Below, in pieces: positions 61,249 through 64,000 of a stretch of 64,000 bases of DNA. Position numbers and translations under genes: made by a program. Origin of the DNA: a virus; the IMG/VR virus record IMGVR_UViG_3300019487_000006, positions 1-64,000 of that record. The stretch is one strand, 5' to 3'. Under the pieces are notes generated by a model, which saw nothing but the letters and a program-made list of their open reading frames with translations, was not told the origin of the DNA and did no database searches. The stretch's first letter is position 1. Each line of letters begins with the position of its first letter.

Positions 61249-61710
61249 ATGTCAGCCTTGAAACGCGAAATGATGATTTGGATGCCGCACGCAGGACACC
61301 TCATTGTCTCGCGGGATTGCCAATTTCACCTCAACACATTTGTCAACGGCTACATTATTTCGACGGTCGGTGAATACTGGCCATGCCGTGCAGTACGTGA
61401 GATTCATGCACGGGTTCATGATCTAGCGTGGTTAGAAGAAAACAAGCACCTGCGCGGCGACGACTTCGACTACGCGTACATGAAGAAGTTTGGATTTGAA
61501 ATGATTGGATGCAACCGTCTATACGAAACAATGGTTTTCACGGCCATGAAATCAAAACAAACATGCTGTCCGTACAAAATGGCCGACACAAGCGAAATAG
61601 ACTCTGCTGGATACAACGATGCCGGGAAAGCCTATAAGGGACACCTTGCGATGGTCAAGAAGTATGCTTGCCGCACCATGAAACCCCTAACCCGCACGGC
61701 GCGAGGGTGA
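61249..61710 (+). CDS. hypothetical protein
   Basis: RBS GGAGGGG. 153 aa with GYIISTVGEY...YETMVF. Confidence 0.45.
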   Translation: MSALKREMMIWMPHAGHLIVSRDCQFHLNTFVNGYIISTVGEYWPCRAVREIHARVHDLAWLEENKHLRGDDFDYAYMKKFGFEMIGCNRLYETMVFTAMKSKQTCCPYKMADTSEIDSAGYNDAGKAYKGHLAMVKKYACRTMKPLTRTARG

Positions 61711-61886
61711 TGAGGTATCACATCGTAAAGGACGGTGAATGGGTGCAACCAAGATGGAAGAATTACTATATAAAGTGTTGCGATTGCGGACTCGTTCATG
61801 CGTTGGATTTCAGGTTAATTAAGCGTGGCTGGTTCGTGAGGATTCAATTCCGTGGACGACGCATTGCCAAACGAGGTGGACGATGA
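61710..61886 (+). CDS. small basic CxC protein
   Basis: ATG 61710 overlaps the upstream stop (TGATG). KCCDCGLVH. Confidence 0.35.
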   Translation: MRYHIVKDGEWVQPRWKNYYIKCCDCGLVHALDFRLIKRGWFVRIQFRGRRIAKRGGR

Positions 61887-62620
61887 GTGTCATTATTGAA
61901 CAGATACAAAATCGAATTCGCGTGGGGTATCAACGCACCTTTGCTGACCTGTCACCTGGGTTCGATGAGACAAAAGCTCTAGAGGATATTTGTTGTCTCG
62001 TCAATCACATCGCCACCCTCCAGCGTGAACTGAGCCGTGCGGCTGAGGTAATTGAACGACAAGAGCGTGACCTGATTCGCACCGAAGAGACGATTGATCT
62101 CTTGGAGAACCACCAAGAAGTCAAGGGCGTGGTTCAGGGGTTGCGGGAACAACTGGAAATGGCACAGCGCGAATTGAGCGAGACGAAGGCTATCAACAAA
62201 AGACTGCTTGACGAAAGCCAAGAAGATTTGGAATCTACCGAACGTCAGCTTGGAGAACTAAACGACCAACTCACCGTCGCCCACGCCGACAATGAGAAGA
62301 TGCGGGAATTATTAACTGCCAAAGCACAACAACTACGGAAAGATTCAGCCGCGGCGGAGATTGAAGGAGATTTATCTGCGCCATCGGATGAGCAGTTATA
62401 TACCGCCGTGACTATCGAGACATTTCTTGAGCATTTACCACCCCACCCCGGCTCCGCGATGGTGGAGCGGGTAAAGTGGTTGGAGGAAGGGTTAGAGCAT
62501 GTGAGGAACACAATTAGACGCAGACTTAAGGATTACGGCTGGAAGGATTGGTCTCCTGATATTGTAGAGTGTTTAGCAAAGGCTTGCGACGACTATCTCT
62601 CTCGCGAACCGAATGGGTGA
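61883..62620 (+). CDS. coiled-coil protein
   Basis: 245 aa, long acidic heptad-like helices. Confidence 0.45.
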   Translation: MSVIIEQIQNRIRVGYQRTFADLSPGFDETKALEDICCLVNHIATLQRELSRAAEVIERQERDLIRTEETIDLLENHQEVKGVVQGLREQLEMAQRELSETKAINKRLLDESQEDLESTERQLGELNDQLTVAHADNEKMRELLTAKAQQLRKDSAAAEIEGDLSAPSDEQLYTAVTIETFLEHLPPHPGSAMVERVKWLEEGLEHVRNTIRRRLKDYGWKDWSPDIVECLAKACDDYLSREPNG

Positions 62621-62623
62621 ACC

Positions 62624-62797
62624 ATGCGTACTGAACTGGAATCGTGGAATGCCTTAGTGTTACTAGCTAATCGTCTCGGTCGTAACGGGCAACATATTCG
62701 CAATTTTGGAATTGTACCTCCGCGTACAACAGCAGACCCACGGTATTTTATAGTCTTTGAAGGTTATTATCCAAAAACAGCAGGCGAGAGTGACTAG
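62624..62797 (+). CDS. 57-aa hypothetical protein (below ORF-track cutoff)
   Basis: Hand translation MRTELESWNALVLLANRLGRNGQHIRNFGIVPPRTTADPRYFIVFEGYYPKTAGESD. Confidence 0.3.
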   Translation: MRTELESWNALVLLANRLGRNGQHIRNFGIVPPRTTADPRYFIVFEGYYPKTAGESD

Positions 62798-62813
62798 CGA
62801 GCCGAAAGGGTGA

Positions 62814-63095
62814 ATGATGCACCCAAGTAGCGATTGCCCATGCGAGGACTGCCGAAAGGTGTGGAAGCTACTTGGTGTGACCGTTGAGGCCGGTGTCGTC
62901 TATACCCCAATCGGCGGCATGGGACTCTGTAAGCGATGCGGTTTTCGTGAGGACTTGCGAATGGGCGCCTGCTTTCAGTGCAGCGATTTCGTAAACGGAA
63001 AGAATCACGGGTCAGGCATTCACGAATTATGGGACAGAGACAGGCCGACGAACAGATGGTTTGCCATGTTACCAGAGCCCACGGGGAAGGAGTGA
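62814..63095 (+). CDS. multi-CxxC zinc-binding protein
   Basis: DCPCEDC...CKRCG...CFQC. Confidence 0.4.
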   Translation: MMHPSSDCPCEDCRKVWKLLGVTVEAGVVYTPIGGMGLCKRCGFREDLRMGACFQCSDFVNGKNHGSGIHELWDRDRPTNRWFAMLPEPTGKE

Positions 63096-63097
63096 CG

Positions 63098-63283
63098 ATG
63101 CTTATTACGCTGACGAGAGGCCATGAATCGGTGTCTATCGAGGCGCACGACGACGCGATTTATAGAGACTTGGCCTATTCCAATATGTTCGAGCGTCAGG
63201 TGAAGTTGCTTGCTGAGAAATTCTACGGCGAGTCCAGCGCGCCGACGCAGGATGGTGATGTGAGCGAAAAGGTGACACCATGA
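63098..63283 (+). CDS. hypothetical protein
   Basis: ATG 63098 follows GGAG (ORF track 62978..63283). Confidence 0.35.
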   Translation: MLITLTRGHESVSIEAHDDAIYRDLAYSNMFERQVKLLAEKFYGESSAPTQDGDVSEKVTP

Positions 63284-63507
63284 GCGAGTTCAAGCACACT
63301 TTCTTTAACAACACTCTTGGTGAGATTACGTTTTCGCGCCCGTATCGGTTCACGTACTACTACGATGATGGAACATTTTGTGCGTTCGACAACGTAAAGA
63401 CCGTGCAGGCCATGAAAACCGGGTGTTACATCTTGTTTACCACAGACGGGAAAATCATCGTGATCCCCCCGAAACATCGGTATTGCGTTGAGGAGCCCAT
63501 GCCATGA
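63280..63507 (+). CDS. hypothetical protein
   Basis: 75 aa, coupled (ATGA). Confidence 0.4.
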   Translation: MSEFKHTFFNNTLGEITFSRPYRFTYYYDDGTFCAFDNVKTVQAMKTGCYILFTTDGKIIVIPPKHRYCVEEPMP

Positions 63508-63728
63508 CCGACCCCAAGGACGAGGCGATCCGGGTGCTTATTTTAGCGGGGCAGAGGTTAGTTGAATCACACGGACATATTCCGTCTTGTCAATTTCTTC
63601 GTGTCGGAAAAGCAGCATGCACTTGCAATTCAGTTGCGCGCGTGAGCGAAGCAAGGGAATCATGGCGGGACGCCCTCCAGCACGAGGTGGTGAGAGCAGT
63701 AGTTCAAACCAAGGGAGGTTCACCATGA
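63504..63728 (+). CDS. hypothetical protein
   Basis: 74 aa, coupled. Confidence 0.4.
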   Translation: MTDPKDEAIRVLILAGQRLVESHGHIPSCQFLRVGKAACTCNSVARVSEARESWRDALQHEVVRAVVQTKGGSP

Positions 63729-63925
63729 GGCGTTTACGAACAATCCGTATCAACGGCAAAAGTCAGTTGGATGTAAAGATTACAGTTGAAATCGTATCTC
63801 GTCGGAGTCTCACACGTGTCGAACAGGAGCGGGTTGTTGAGACATTAACGGATCATCTACACGAGGCGTGCTTGCTCGATGTTCCATATCATACTGTTCA
63901 TGCCAGCGATATCACGATCAGGTAA
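63725..63925 (+). CDS. hypothetical protein
   Basis: ATG 63725 overlaps the upstream stop (ORF track 63587..63925). Confidence 0.35.
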   Translation: MRRLRTIRINGKSQLDVKITVEIVSRRSLTRVEQERVVETLTDHLHEACLLDVPYHTVHASDITIR

Positions 63926-64000
63926 GCACGAGGCGGTGCGGGCGGTGAAGTCTTGATCTACCGAGTCTTGAAATGGCTCTCTGTTAGTTGGGTATTGTTC

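Noticed and set aside
1-64000. Integrase, repressor or attachment site indicating a temperate lifestyle or prophage borders
   Set aside because: No tyrosine or serine recombinase motifs and no CI/Cro-like pair were recognised in this window. Lifestyle remains undetermined.

Overview
This window reads as one contiguous stretch of a large tailed dsDNA phage or prophage genome. No host housekeeping genes, rRNA, tRNA, CRISPR array or integrase were recognised. There are three transcription blocks. (1) 1..16.2 kb, + strand: replication, recombination and nucleotide metabolism. It holds a Cas4-like PD-(D/E)XK nuclease, a Sak4-like AAA_24 ATPase, a DUF669-like protein, a UDG-exo-family A DNA polymerase carrying an intein, a class II ribonucleotide reductase and a DUF3987-like P-loop protein. 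(2) 16.3..51.1 kb, - strand: packaging, head, tail-fibre and lysis genes. It holds a TerS-like gene, TerL, portal, scaffold, major capsid, tail fibres, a GTA-type holin, two lipoproteins and a GH24 lysozyme, with three free-standing homing endonuclease genes interspersed. (3) 51.6..64 kb, + strand: early or auxiliary genes. It holds a SprT-like protease, a MoxR-like ATPase/DUF3150/VWA triad, a LuxR-type regulator and many small CxxC proteins. The strongest finding is that the major capsid gene is split by a 260-nt ORF-less group I intron whose internal guide sequence matches the ligated exon junction. Other findings are an ORF-poor, hairpin-dense region of about 790 nt (5380..6170), two elaborate non-coding control or origin-like regions (51.1..51.65 kb and 59.2..59.76 kb), a recurring promoter with a TACGTA core in its spacer, a TerS-like gene split by a -1 frame change, and several small paralogous protein families. 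All calls rest on reading motifs by eye. No database search was run.
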